From Octopus sinensis (lineage: Eukaryota), in the NCBI RefSeq assembly GCF_006345805.1, contig NC_043019.1, forward strand, positions 14,073,360 to 14,137,359: 64,000 bases of DNA, read 5' to 3'. Numbering within the stretch: the first letter of the stretch is position 1; every line of letters begins with the position of its first letter. Under the pieces are notes generated by a model. It saw only the letters and a list, made by a program, of their open reading frames with translations, did no database searches and was not told the origin of the DNA. Below, in pieces: positions 11,605-21,991 of the stretch. The position numbers and the translations under genes were made by a program.

Positions 11605-14600
11605 ACACACACGCACACGCACGCACACGCACACACACACACTCACACTCACACACACATACACACATACATACCCATACACATACAGAGGGAGAGAGAG
11701 TTATTAATTGATTATGGTTGATATAAACACTTACCCTCTTTTCAGACACACAGAGAAATATACTTGCTCACATAATCAGTGAAAGGGAGGGAAAGAGAGA
11801 GGGAGAGAGAGAGAAAGAGAGAGAAATAGCATAAGACATATAAGGATTTATACACAAGTTCTCCATTCAAAATGTAGTATCATCACCATGAACATCATTA
11901 TCATCATCATTGTCATCGCCATCATCCTCATCATCATCATCCTCATTATCACCATCATCCGCATCATCATCATTATCGTCTAGGTCGTCATTGTTGTTGG
12001 CGTCATCATTGTCGTCGTCGCCATCATCATCATCACCATCATCCGCATCATTATCATCATCACAATCATCATCATCATCATCTAGGTCGTCGTTGTTGTT
12101 GTCGTCGTCATCATCATCGTCATCCACATCGTCATCATCAACATTGTCATTATCATCATCATTATCCTCATCGTCGTCCTCCTCCTTTCCCTCCTCCCCC
12201 AAACACGATTACATCGGCAACAAATTCGATGTCAGGTTTGTAGCTAGAAATAGAATATCGACTGGATCGTCATATTTGGGGCCTCAAAGAAAACGGTGAT
12301 GGTGGCATAAGAGAAAAATCGAATGAAAATAGATTTTTCCCACTGAATAATAACATAGAAATTATATGCCAATTCTGCTTTGATTCTTTCTTACCTGTAG
12401 GTGCCGAGTAACAAGTGGAATGTACGAATTTTATTCCGGACAAAACAGCAATCAAAGAATCTTTCTTTGCAGTCGAAACTAGATTTGGAAAATTATTCTG
12501 AATGTTCTCATCGTAAGTAAAACTCAATATACCAGAATATTTATCATTATACCTGTATCGTTATCATTCAGCCCCAGGTGACAAGGTATGTTCCAGAAGT
12601 TTTGAGACATTCTCAGGAAAGACTTATTAATTTCAAAGAAATACAAAAAACTCTATTTCTCCATGAAAGTCCTTTAATGCGCCATGATATTCCTTCGTCT
12701 TCTCAATATCTTCAAAATGGCTTCCCCTGTGGTCCTCTCTGAAGTTTTTTTATTCTCTCTCTGTTTATTTCCTTGTGTTCTTTTCTGGTGAAGAGCATAG
12801 GCTCGAAATGTAAAAGACTTTCTCACCTTCCCGAGTGTCAAATTAATACACCTGCTTGTTGTTCATACACCTGAATTCGTTTTTTGTTTGTCTGTAACGT
12901 GTGTACCGTTGGTGATTTTTTTTCCTCTGTCTTCCCTTTTCCTATGTTTCCGACAAAGAGCTCCGCTCGAAACGTTAAACCCTCCTTCTTTCCTGAGCGT
13001 CCAATAATACTATATTTGTTCCACGTCCTTGCGTTGTTGTGTTTTTTTTGTGTTTTCTTGTTTGGATTAACTTTATATATATATATATAGTTTAAAATAG
13101 TAAGGGTGAAAAATTGAATATTAATTTGATGGGCCAGGGGCTATAGTAGGGGACATCTGCCCATGGTGCCATGCAGTGAGATTGAACCTAAAACCATGTA
13201 GCTGGAAAAACAAACTTTCTAACCAACCAGCTATGCCTCATTTTCATAGCATTCCGTTGTTCTCTTTTAACTTCATTGATATTTCTTCTTGCAGAATCTT
13301 CTCCACCAGTTTTACGACCACAAAGTGTTACCTCACTGTTTGCAGAACTCATCAGCAATGCAAAACTTAGTAATTTATCAGAAGTAGTACAAGCCAGAAG
13401 CAGAAGAATGCTCTTGGACACTTTGGGTGTCGGTATTCTTGGCTTCAACAGCGAAACAACAAAAAGTGTGATGTCGTGGGCTGAAAATCTTGGATACTTT
13501 GAAGAACACAAAAGTGGCCGGCAAAAATCAAAGAACGTGGTGATATGGGGGAGTTCTAACAAAAGGGCTCCTATTGGTCTTGCAACATACCTCAATGGAA
13601 TTAGCATCCATTCAATGGACTTTGACGACACCTGGCACCCAGCCACTCATCCAAGTGGCCCCGTTTTACCTGCTGTTTTGTCACTGTCGGATTACATGAC
13701 TGGTTCTTATTGCCCCACTTCAGAGGAGCTTTTGGTTGCCTACAATGTTGGAATTCAGACGCAAGGGCTCCTTCTTCAAAGTTCAGCAAAGTCTAAGAAT
13801 ATTCCTGAAAGGTGAGTAGTAATTTTCTGCTTCTTTCTTTCTTTCTTTTCTTTCTTTCCTTCTTTCCTTTCTTTCTTTCCTTTCTTTCTTTCTTTCTTTC
13901 TTTCCTTCCCTCCTTTCTTTCCTTCCTTTCTTTCTTTCTGTTTTTGTGTTTACATCCCTGTAACTTAGTAGTTCAGCAAAACAGACTGATAGAATAAGTA
14001 CTAGGCTTACAAAGAATAAGTCCTGGGGGTCAATGTGTCTGATTAAAACCCTTCGAGGTGGCCACGGTCAAATGACTGAAACAAGTAAAAGAATAAAAGA
14101 CTAAATTAGGTGCAGCCACATTGGTGTCTAATCATTAGTGTTAATAACTTAATTACAATTTTTGTCAAGAAAGCAAGGGAGAGAACCCTGAGCAAAATTC
14201 TCGCTGGCTGTGGATATTCTCAGACGTAGTTGTCAATGTGAAATATTTTCTTTCATTTCAGGTTCCATCCACCAGCTGTGGTCGGGGTGATGGGAGCAGC
14301 TGCTGCCACAGCACGTTTGCTCCAGCTTGGACCACTGAAAACTAAACATGCACTCGCCATTGCAGCCTCCTTTGCTGGTGCACCAATGGCAAATGCTGGC
14401 ACTCAATGCAAACCATTGCATGCAGGAAAATCTGCCCGTTTTGGTCTGGAAGCTGCCTTAATGGCAGACCAAGGTAAGGGACAGCCAAAAATTGGCTGTA
14501 TTGATTTTTAATTGTCCCTGATTGATTTTTGGAGATTTTCTTGGTGGTGTAGCGAAGAGAGATCATTATTTGTAATATTGTCAATATTTCTTTTGATTCA

Positions 14601-15087
14601 TTAATTAAATTATAGTTTTAATTATTTTGACAAAAGTTACCATTATATGTGTGGATGTGTAATTAAGACATTTGCTTCTGAACAACGTCGCCTTATATTC
14701 AGGTTCCATTGCGTGGCACCTTGGGCAGGTGTCTTCCACCTGTAGTCTTGGGCTGACCAAAGCCTTGAGTTAATTTGGAAGACAGAAACTGGAAGAAACA
14801 CCATAGGTGTGGCTGTGTGGCAAGAAGATTGCTTCCTCACCACATGGTTCTAGGTTCAGTCCCCCTGCGAGACACCAGTCCGTCGCAGGTGAGCTGCAAG
14901 ATGCAGGAGGAAAGAGTGAGAGAAAGTTGTGGTGAAAGAGTCAGCAGAAGTTCGCTATTACCTTCTGCCAGGGCCGTGTGGAGCTTAGGTGTTTCACTCA
15001 TAAACACACACATTGCCTGGTCTGCGATTTGAACCCGTGATCCCTAGACCATGAGTCCACTGCTCTAACCACTAGGCCATGTGCCTC

Positions 15088-15125
<38 letters not shown>

Positions 15126-17534
15126 CATAGAGAGAGAGAGCGATATCTACGTGTGTCTTTGTGTTTGTGCTTGTCCCTCGATTACCACTTGACAGCCAGT
15201 GTTGGTATGTTTACATCCCTGTAACTTAGACGTTCAGACAAAGTATCCAACAGAGTAAGTACCAGGTTTTAAAAACGGAATAAGTGCCGGGGTTAATTCA
15301 TTTGACTAAAATACTTCAAGGCATTGCTCCAACATGGCCACAGCCTAATGACTGAAACAAGTAAAAGCTAAAAAATAAAAAATAAAAGTTTTCTGTTTAC
15401 AGGAATGGAAGGAAACGAAGACATTCTTGACACCGCCTCTGGTTTCAGCGTATTCTTCGAAGACTATTCACCGGATTTGTTGGTAGAAGCGGCCCTAAAT
15501 AACCAACATTATATTCTTCATAATCAAGACGTTGCCCTTAAACGGTTCCCTGCTCATTTGGCAATGCATTGGGCTATTGATGCTACGATGGAAGCTCGAC
15601 AACAAATGACTGAAGAATTCAACACTGAAATTCCATATAATGAAATAAAAGACGTCCAAATTGTAGTGCCTTCATCGAAATATATCGACCGGCCATTTCC
15701 AAAGTCTCAGCACGAAGCAAGGCATTCATTTCAGGTGAGTTAATTAGTTACAACCTGGCAGAATCTATTTCTTTATTGCCCACAAGGGGTTAAACATAGA
15801 GGGAACAAACAAGGACAGACAAACGGATTAAGTCGATTACATCGACCCCAGTGTGTAACTGGTACTTAATTTATCGACCTTGAAAGGATGAAAGGCAAAG
15901 TCGACCACGGCGGAATTTGAACTCAGAACATAACGGCAGACGAAATACGGCTATGCATTTTGCCCGGCGTGCTAACGTTTCTGCCAGCTTGCCGCCTTTA
16001 GCATTCAAATTGCTCTGTCAAATGCAACGCTTATTCATTCACAACGTTAAACACGCATTATCTTCTAGCCTCAATATTACAATGATATGATTGTATTTTT
16101 GTAGGATGACATTGTAGGGTAGGTGTGAGAGGCCAGATATGGTTAGTTTGAACATAAAACAGATAGAATATTTTTGGCTAGGAAGGGCCAGTTTAAATGC
16201 TGAAGGGTTAACCATTTAGCATTCAGATTACTCTGTCAAATGTAAAGCTTTGAATTAATCATGCATTATCTCAAAGCTTCAAGATTATGATTACAAGGGG
16301 AGAAAATGCATCAAGTGATTGGGCCGTCGCCAGCCTCCCCTGGCACCTGTGCCGGTGGCACGTAAAAAACACCCCCTACATACACGAGTGGTTGGCGTTA
16401 GGAAAGGCATCCAGCTATAGAAACACTGCCAGATCAGACTGGAGCCTGGTGCAGCCCCTGGCTTCCCAGACCACGGTCGAACCGTCCAACCCATGCTAGC
16501 ATGGAAAACGGACATTAAATGATGATGATGATGAGGAGGATGATGTGGTCTAAGTAATTATATCAACCCCAGTATTCAACTGGTACTTATTTTATTGATC
16601 CTGAAAGGATGCAAAGCAATGTTGACTTCAGCAGAATTTGAACTCAGAACGTAAAGACAGACGGAATGCCACTAAGCATTTTACCCAGCAGGCTAATAAT
16701 TGCGTCAGCTTGCCACTTTCTGGAAACAATTATTATATTACTAGCAGTATTGCCTGGCGTTGCTCGGGTTTGTTTCGACCTTTTAGAATTAGAATTTTTA
16801 AAAAGCAAAAATTCTGCATTAAGTAGCTTGTTATTCTCTTTAAGTGAACATTTTTCTGGTTGAAATACACCGAAAAATGGCGACACAGCAGTAAAAAAAT
16901 CGTAAAAAATAGGGATTTTCATAGAAAAAAAGAATCTTTTTGATGTAAATAATTTTTGGTGTTAACATGGTCTGATTTGAATTTTTTCTTCTACGGAATG
17001 AAAAGCAAGCCTTCTTCTATCATACTCTCAATTTTGGTCAACTTGCACCGCAGGGTCTCGGAGGAGATAGTGTTAGTTGAAGGCTACCAAACCTGTCATA
17101 CACAGACAACTTCAGCTTTGTATAGAGAGAGATTATTAGTAAGATTTTGTTCTTTTTTATTGTAGTTCAATGTTGCTTCAATGTTACTTGACGGAATCAT
17201 GACACCAAAGAGTTTCACCTCAGAATGTCGGTCCAGGACGAATCTTAACACTCTTCTACAAAAGTGCCATTTACTCAGGAAGGAAGACAACGTGGCAAGC
17301 TTTAACAGAATGTATGTGGAAGTAATGGTCACCTTAAAAAATAACAAGGTTTATAGGGGCCGTTGCGATACACCTTATGGTCATTGGCGTAAACCTTTGA
17401 CCGATATCGACGTCCAGTGCAAATTCCTCAACAACACAAAATCTTTACCAAACGGTATTCCTGAAGCCATCATTGAATCGGTAATGGGTTTGTCAGGCTC
17501 ACCCGAGGAACTCTTAACTTTGTTGAAAAACTGA
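7756..17534 (+). CDS. ACOD1: Cis-aconitate decarboxylase (ACOD1/IRG1, MmgE/PrpD family), 6 coding exons, 521 aa predicted
   Basis: The spliced translation contains HSMDFDDTWHPATHPSG, RFHPPAVVG, AGAPMANAGTQCKPLH, QDVALKRFPAHL, RPFPKSQHEARHSFQ and YGHWRKPL. These are near-identical to the human ACOD1 motifs as I recall them. Exons of 24+112+517+212+332+369 = 1566 nt join in frame with intron phases 0,1,2,1,0. All introns are GT-AG. Stop TGA at 17532..17534. Confidence 0.93.
9180..10420 (+). mobile_element. Decayed Penelope-like ORF fragment (pre-RT N-terminal region) in ACOD1 intron 1
   Basis: With stops and frameshifts repaired it reads KLINLSNKK..QEIRFLENGLKFQPTPKPNQAEL..D..FCRKLQLREFF, IIIKEDD..GAIVIMDKK and GLSKTHK. 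These resemble the PLE motifs INLS/GLNF.PTP, KADKG and GLPKIHK. Confidence 0.7.
11875..12185. repeat. (CAT/CGT)n trinucleotide low-complexity tract
   Basis: Visible directly. It is the source of the poly-D and poly-S ORFs. Confidence 0.95.
12401..12512 (+). CDS. ACOD1: ACOD1 putative exon 2 (VPSNKWNVRILFRTKQQSKNLSLQSKLDLENYSECSH)
   Basis: Acceptor ttctttcttacctgtag| and donor C|GTAAGT at 12513. Only one of the three frames is open across the exon, and it ends in phase 1, as exon 3 requires. Confidence 0.78.
12780..12817 (+). ncRNA. Degenerate hammerhead motif in ACOD1 intron 2 (sense)
   Basis: CUUUU CUGGUGA A GAGC AUAG GCUC GAAA UGU A AAAGA. Position 6 is G instead of A. Confidence 0.55.
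12946..12980 (+). ncRNA. Degenerate hammerhead motif in ACOD1 intron 2 (sense)
   Basis: GUUU CCGACAA A GAGC UCC GCUC GAAA CGU U AAAC. Stems are intact; the core carries U4C and G8A. Confidence 0.55.
13295..13811 (+). CDS. ACOD1: ACOD1 exon 3 (N-terminal helical domain, DFDDTWHPATH motif)
   Basis: Acceptor tttcttcttgcag| and donor AG|GTGAGT at 13812. Strong ACOD1 similarity (RMLLDTLGVG, NGISIHSMDFDDTWHPATHPSG). Confidence 0.96.
14262..14473 (+). CDS. ACOD1: ACOD1 exon 4 (FHPPAVVG...KPLH)
   Basis: Acceptor tttcatttcag| completes the split Arg codon. Donor G|GTAAGG at 14474. Confidence 0.96.
15403..15734 (+). CDS. ACOD1: ACOD1 exon 5 (GNEDILD...KRFPAHL...EARHSFQ)
   Basis: Acceptor ttctgtttacag| and donor CAG|GTGAGT at 15735. 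Confidence 0.96.
15995..16300. mobile_element. piggyBac-like MITE (15995..16207) plus a truncated second copy sharing TTAA 16208..16211
   Basis: TIR CC(C)TTTAGCATT(C/T)A at both ends. The right end reads AAATGCTGAAGGG|TTAA. Confidence 0.6.
16741..17132 (-). mobile_element. Non-autonomous Helitron (family H1) in ACOD1 intron 5
   Basis: On the minus strand it runs A|TC...GC-rich hairpin...CTAG|T with no TSD. Homologous to 34052..34442. Confidence 0.8.
17166..17534 (+). CDS. ACOD1: ACOD1 terminal exon 6 (FNVASMLLDG...YGHWRKPL...LLKN*)
   Basis: Acceptor tttttattgtag|, in frame with the ORF at 17181..17534. Confidence 0.95.
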   Translation, partial: FNVASMLLDGIMTPKSFTSECRSRTNLNTLLQKCHLLRKEDNVASFNRMYVEVMVTLKNNKVYRGRCDTPYGHWRKPLTDIDVQCKFLNNTKSLPNGIPEAIIESVMGLSGSPEELLTLLKN

Positions 17535-18156
17535 TTTATGTTAATGAGACACCACCAAGACTTGAGGAAGAATCTATTTTTGTCTTACATAGATTTTTAT
17601 GTATTTAGTCTCTTTGACACCAACCTGAGATCGCTCCTTGATTCTGTGATGTAAACTTTTTTATAAAATGATCTAAATTAAAATCTTTTTTTAAAAAAAT
17701 TTATGCTAATTTATGTTAATTTATGTTCCAAACACCAGCTTAATAACTACAATAACTAAATTAATTGAAACAAAGAGATTGTATTGCAAGCAGTATATCT
17801 CTTTTACTCTTTTACTGGTTTCAGTTATTTAACTGTGGCCATGCTGGAGCACCACCTTCTAGTCGAACTAACTGAACCCAGGACTTATTCTTTGTGAGCC
17901 TAGTACTCATTCTATTGGTCTCTTTTGCTGAACTGCTAAGTTACAGGGAATATAAACACACCAACTTTGTTGTCAAGTGATGGTGGGAGAACAAGCACAG
18001 GCATATAAACACATACACACACACACACATACATACATATATATATTCCAAGAAAGTTAGAGGTTGTGAATACAACCAACTAAGGGATGTTATCTATTCA
18101 ATATAATGTCTAAAAGTTGATGAATACCATCTATTGATCCCCTCCATTTTCTTCCT

Positions 18157-18237
<81 letters not shown>

Positions 18238-18379
18238 GACAGGCGTCTTTCAGTTTCTGTCTGCCAAATCCACTCACAAGGCTTTGGTAGAAGACACTTG
18301 CCCAAGGTGCCACACAGTGGGACTGAACCCAGAACCATGTAGTTGGGAAACAAGCTTCTTACTCTTATATGCCTGTGCC

Positions 18380-18700
18380 TATATGGTTACAAAATGTTAA
18401 AGTGATTTAAATTAAAAATCTTCCATCAAAATTTCATATTAATTAAATGTTCCATACTCCAACACAATAATGACCAAAGTTATTTTTACTAAATTTCTTT
18501 GCAAAATTGATCAAAACAAAAAAATGCAGTGAATTTCAACAGAAATATGGTAACAAAAGGGTTAAAGTGATCTAAAGTGATCCATCAAAATTTCATGTTA
18601 ATTTTATGTGCCAAACTCCAGCTCAATAATGACCAAAGTTATTTTACTAAATTCTTTATCATTTTCAAAATTAATATGGTAACAAAAGCATTAAATATTC
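18380..18700 (+). repeat. Tandem ~150 bp imperfect repeats ending in ATGGTAACAAAAGGGTTAA (piggyBac-like MITE ends)
   Basis: The segment ccatcaaaatttcat...aataatgaccaaagttatttt is repeated at about 18423 and 18581. A related fragment lies at 17610..17770. Confidence 0.5.
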
Positions 18701-18914
18701 TTAAAATTACATTTTTTGCAATACAATTGATCCGGACAAATTAAAACGAGTAAAAGCTCTTTGTCTGTCTTCCTAATTAATTAAAAACTTTTTTGTAATT
18801 TACTGGAAATTTCCATACAGCAACCTCTAAAATATTATATTTCACAGATTTAAGACGAACTGAAAATTTATGATCTAAAACAATTGCATCTTCTGTCTTT
18901 GGTTTTACAATTTA

Positions 18915-19479
18915 CTAGCAGTGTAGCCTGGCGTTGCTCGGGTTTGTTTTTAGTTGTGCTTAAAACGGCAGACTTTGATGTCGCATTTACAAAGTTTTGA
19001 CATTGTTTCTATCTATGAATAAAAGTATAGAGTAGCAATGCTCAAGTTTGCTCTGAATGTGCATTGGATCAGCTGATCTGTCATTTGCTCAAAATCAATG
19101 ACATCACAAAAAAAATTCTTTTCGACCCTTTAGAATTGGAATTTTTGAAAAGTAAAAATTTTGCATTATGTAGCTTGTTATTTTCTTCAAGTGAACATTT
19201 TACTGGTTGAAATACACCGAAAAATGACGACACAGCAATAAAAAAAATCATTAAAAAATAGGGATTTTCATAGAAAAAAAGCACCTTTTTGATGTAAATA
19301 ATTTTTGGTTTTAACATGGTCCGATTTGAATTTTTTCTTCTATGGAAGGAAGAGCAAGCCGCTTTCTATCATACTCTCAATTTTGGTCAACTTGCGCCGC
19401 AGGGTGTCGGAGGAGATAGTGTTAGTTGAAGACTACCAAACCTGCCACACGCAGACAACTTCAGCTTTATATATAGAGA
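18915..19479 (-). mobile_element. Helitron H1 copy carrying a ~170 bp extra segment (about 18950..19120)
   Basis: Same termini as the other H1 copies. The extra sequence sits between GGGTTTGTT and TCGACCC, which are adjacent in the other copies. Confidence 0.8.
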
Positions 19480-20689
19480 TTTCTTTAGTGGAAACACATG
19501 GCTCAGTGGTTAAGGTTTTGGACTCGTGATTGTAACATTGTCTTTTTGATTCCTGGACAGGACAATGCATTGTGTTTTTTTGTCTTTTACTTGTTTCATT
19601 CATTTGACCATTAGGCCATGCTGGGGCACTGCACTGAGGGATTTTAGTCGAACTAATCAACTTATCAATCCCAGTACTTATTTCCATTTTAAAAACTGGT
19701 ACTTTTTCTATCAATCTCTTTTGTCAAACCACTAAGTGATGGGGACATAAACACACCAACACTGGTTGCCAATCAGTGATGGGGGTGGGATAAACACAAG
19801 CACAAAGACACACATACATAGACATACATACATATATATATATGTCATATATCATCATTATCATATATCTATCATCATCATCATCGTTACTTTTGCTGAT
19901 CAGCTAGGTTATGGGGACATAAACAAACCAACACCAGGTGAGAGAACAGATAGATACACACACACACGTACACACACACATTCACACACACATACACATG
20001 CACATATATATATATTATTATTATTATTATTATTTTTTATGTATATATATATATATGGCGGTGCCCCAGCATGGCCACAGCTCGTGAGCTGAAACTAGAT
20101 ACTATATATATATATATACACGCACACACACACATATATATAATATACACATTCATATACGTAAATATAAAGCAGGATTCCACATGGTTTCCATAGCTAC
20201 TCACAAGGCATTGGCTAGCTTGGGGCTATGGCAGAAGACTGGGAATCGAACCCAGAACCATGATCTTGCAACGTGAACTTTTTTTCACCGCACAAGCCAT
20301 GCTGCACCAACAGTGTGAATAGATTGGACGAAACCGACAATTATAAAAGGAGAGAATAACAATGAAAAGAACAACGGCGAAAATAACAACAACAACAATA
20401 ATAATAATAATGATAATAGTAATAGCGACAACAACAACAACAACAAAAGATTTACGACCTTATTTGGGTTAGAAGAGAATAATTACAAATTTATTCAAAA
20501 TATCGCTTATTGATTCATAAAGCTATAAGTAAACGAAGAGTTATCTCCCCTACATATGTTTTAATTAATAATTCTTCCTTTTTTTTTTTATGTACAGATT
20601 CTTTTACTGGTTTCAGTCATTTGTCTGCGGCCATTCTGGGGCACCGCCTTTAGTTGAACAAATCGACGCCAGCACTTATTCTTTGTAAG

Positions 20690-21530
20690 CCTTCTGGACG
20701 GTCTCCTTGTTGAAGTTTGGTGAATGCTGCCATAATCCTTGCCTTCAGTTCATCTTTGGTGTTACAAGGGGTTTTGTTGGTATCTCACGCAACTGCACCT
20801 CCTCCCATACAATAATCAAGGGGGCTGCAGTCTGGGGAGTTTGGTGGCCAGATGTTAGGGGTGATGTGGTCGCGGAAATTGTCTCAGAGCCACGACTGGG
20901 TTCTCCTGATTGCGTGGCATGATGCAGAGTCCTGTTGCCAGACATATAGGGTCTTCCAGCAGCCAACCTCTTGACCCAGGGCAGCAAAAAAGTGAAAAAA
21001 GTTAAGAATGGAAGGAAATAGGGGTGGGGGTAATTTAAAAATGTCAATTTTTACCAAATTTTTTTGCAGATTCATATTCCCCATAGCCGGAAAGAAAAAT
21101 TTAAGGATGGCTTGGGGTGGGGTGGAAGTCTTGCCAAGGGTTCCGTTTGTTATAAAAGCATAAATTTACAGAAAAACGGGATCGACCGGACCCAGAATTC
21201 GAATCACAAAACTGTATAATTCATTGAGATGTGGTTATGAATCGTTGCTTGCCTATAAAGCCCTTTATTTCTCTTTATAAAACCTTTTATTCTCCAGGCA
21301 CTTGATGTAGACCTCCGTGTTGAGTCTAAGGCTGTGTGGGAAGATGAATGGAGGCATAACGTCACCATCACTAGTGATCACTCCAAACACCATGTCGACT
21401 GGATGTTTGGTTTTTATCATTCTCGCTACATGTTTAGGGGACTCAGATTGACACCCAACACTCTGAAATGTTCATATTGGAGCTTCAGGCACGAATGCCA
21501 AGCATTACAGCTTGTCATTTCCAAATTTCT
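20690..21530 (-). pseudogene. Decayed IS630-Tc1-mariner (maT-like) transposase C-terminal half, split by an insertion at about 20989..21293
   Basis: Reads KTKHPVDMVFGVITSDGDVMPPFIFPHSLRLNTEVYIKCLE, then PWVKRLAAGRPYVWQQDSASCHA..TQSW..WPPNSPDCSPLDY. Confidence 0.85.
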
Positions 21531-21952
21531 GGCAGAGTAAATTGCGTTGTGTTGCTGTTTTTCTCACAGATGGTGTCCGACTGACCCTACTATACTGTGT
21601 AGTCAACAAAATCGAAAACAAACGAGGCACATGTGCAAAATTAAAAATATAAAATGCAACAATTCACTTATTGCACCCTATATACACAAACACACACACG
21701 TGTGTGTGTGTGTGTATATATACATACATACATATATATATGTGTGTGTACATACATACATATATATATATATATATTTATATAAATAAGGATAAGATCG
21801 TTAATTTAAAATAAAATAACGATTTTATCAAGTGGTCAGCATGGAAAAAATAACCTTCAAAGGTAATAATTATTAAAATTATAAATTAGGGTATCTACAA
21901 GGCACCCTATTACATCCAGTAATACATGTATGTACGTACATACATATATTTA

Positions 21953-21991
<39 letters not shown>

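Noticed and set aside
12420-12482. Short ATG-initiated ORF (MYEFYSGQNSNQRIFLCSRN*) inside exon 2
   Set aside because: It is out of frame and downstream of the proposed start. It would matter as a uORF only if exon 1 is wrong.
13276-13294. ORF-track start (TTG) for ACOD1, and the first in-frame ATG in exon 3 (RRMLLD) as an alternative start
   Set aside because: 13276..13294 is the polypyrimidine tract and acceptor of intron 2. Starting at the internal Met would remove an N-terminal helix that aligns with vertebrate ACOD1.
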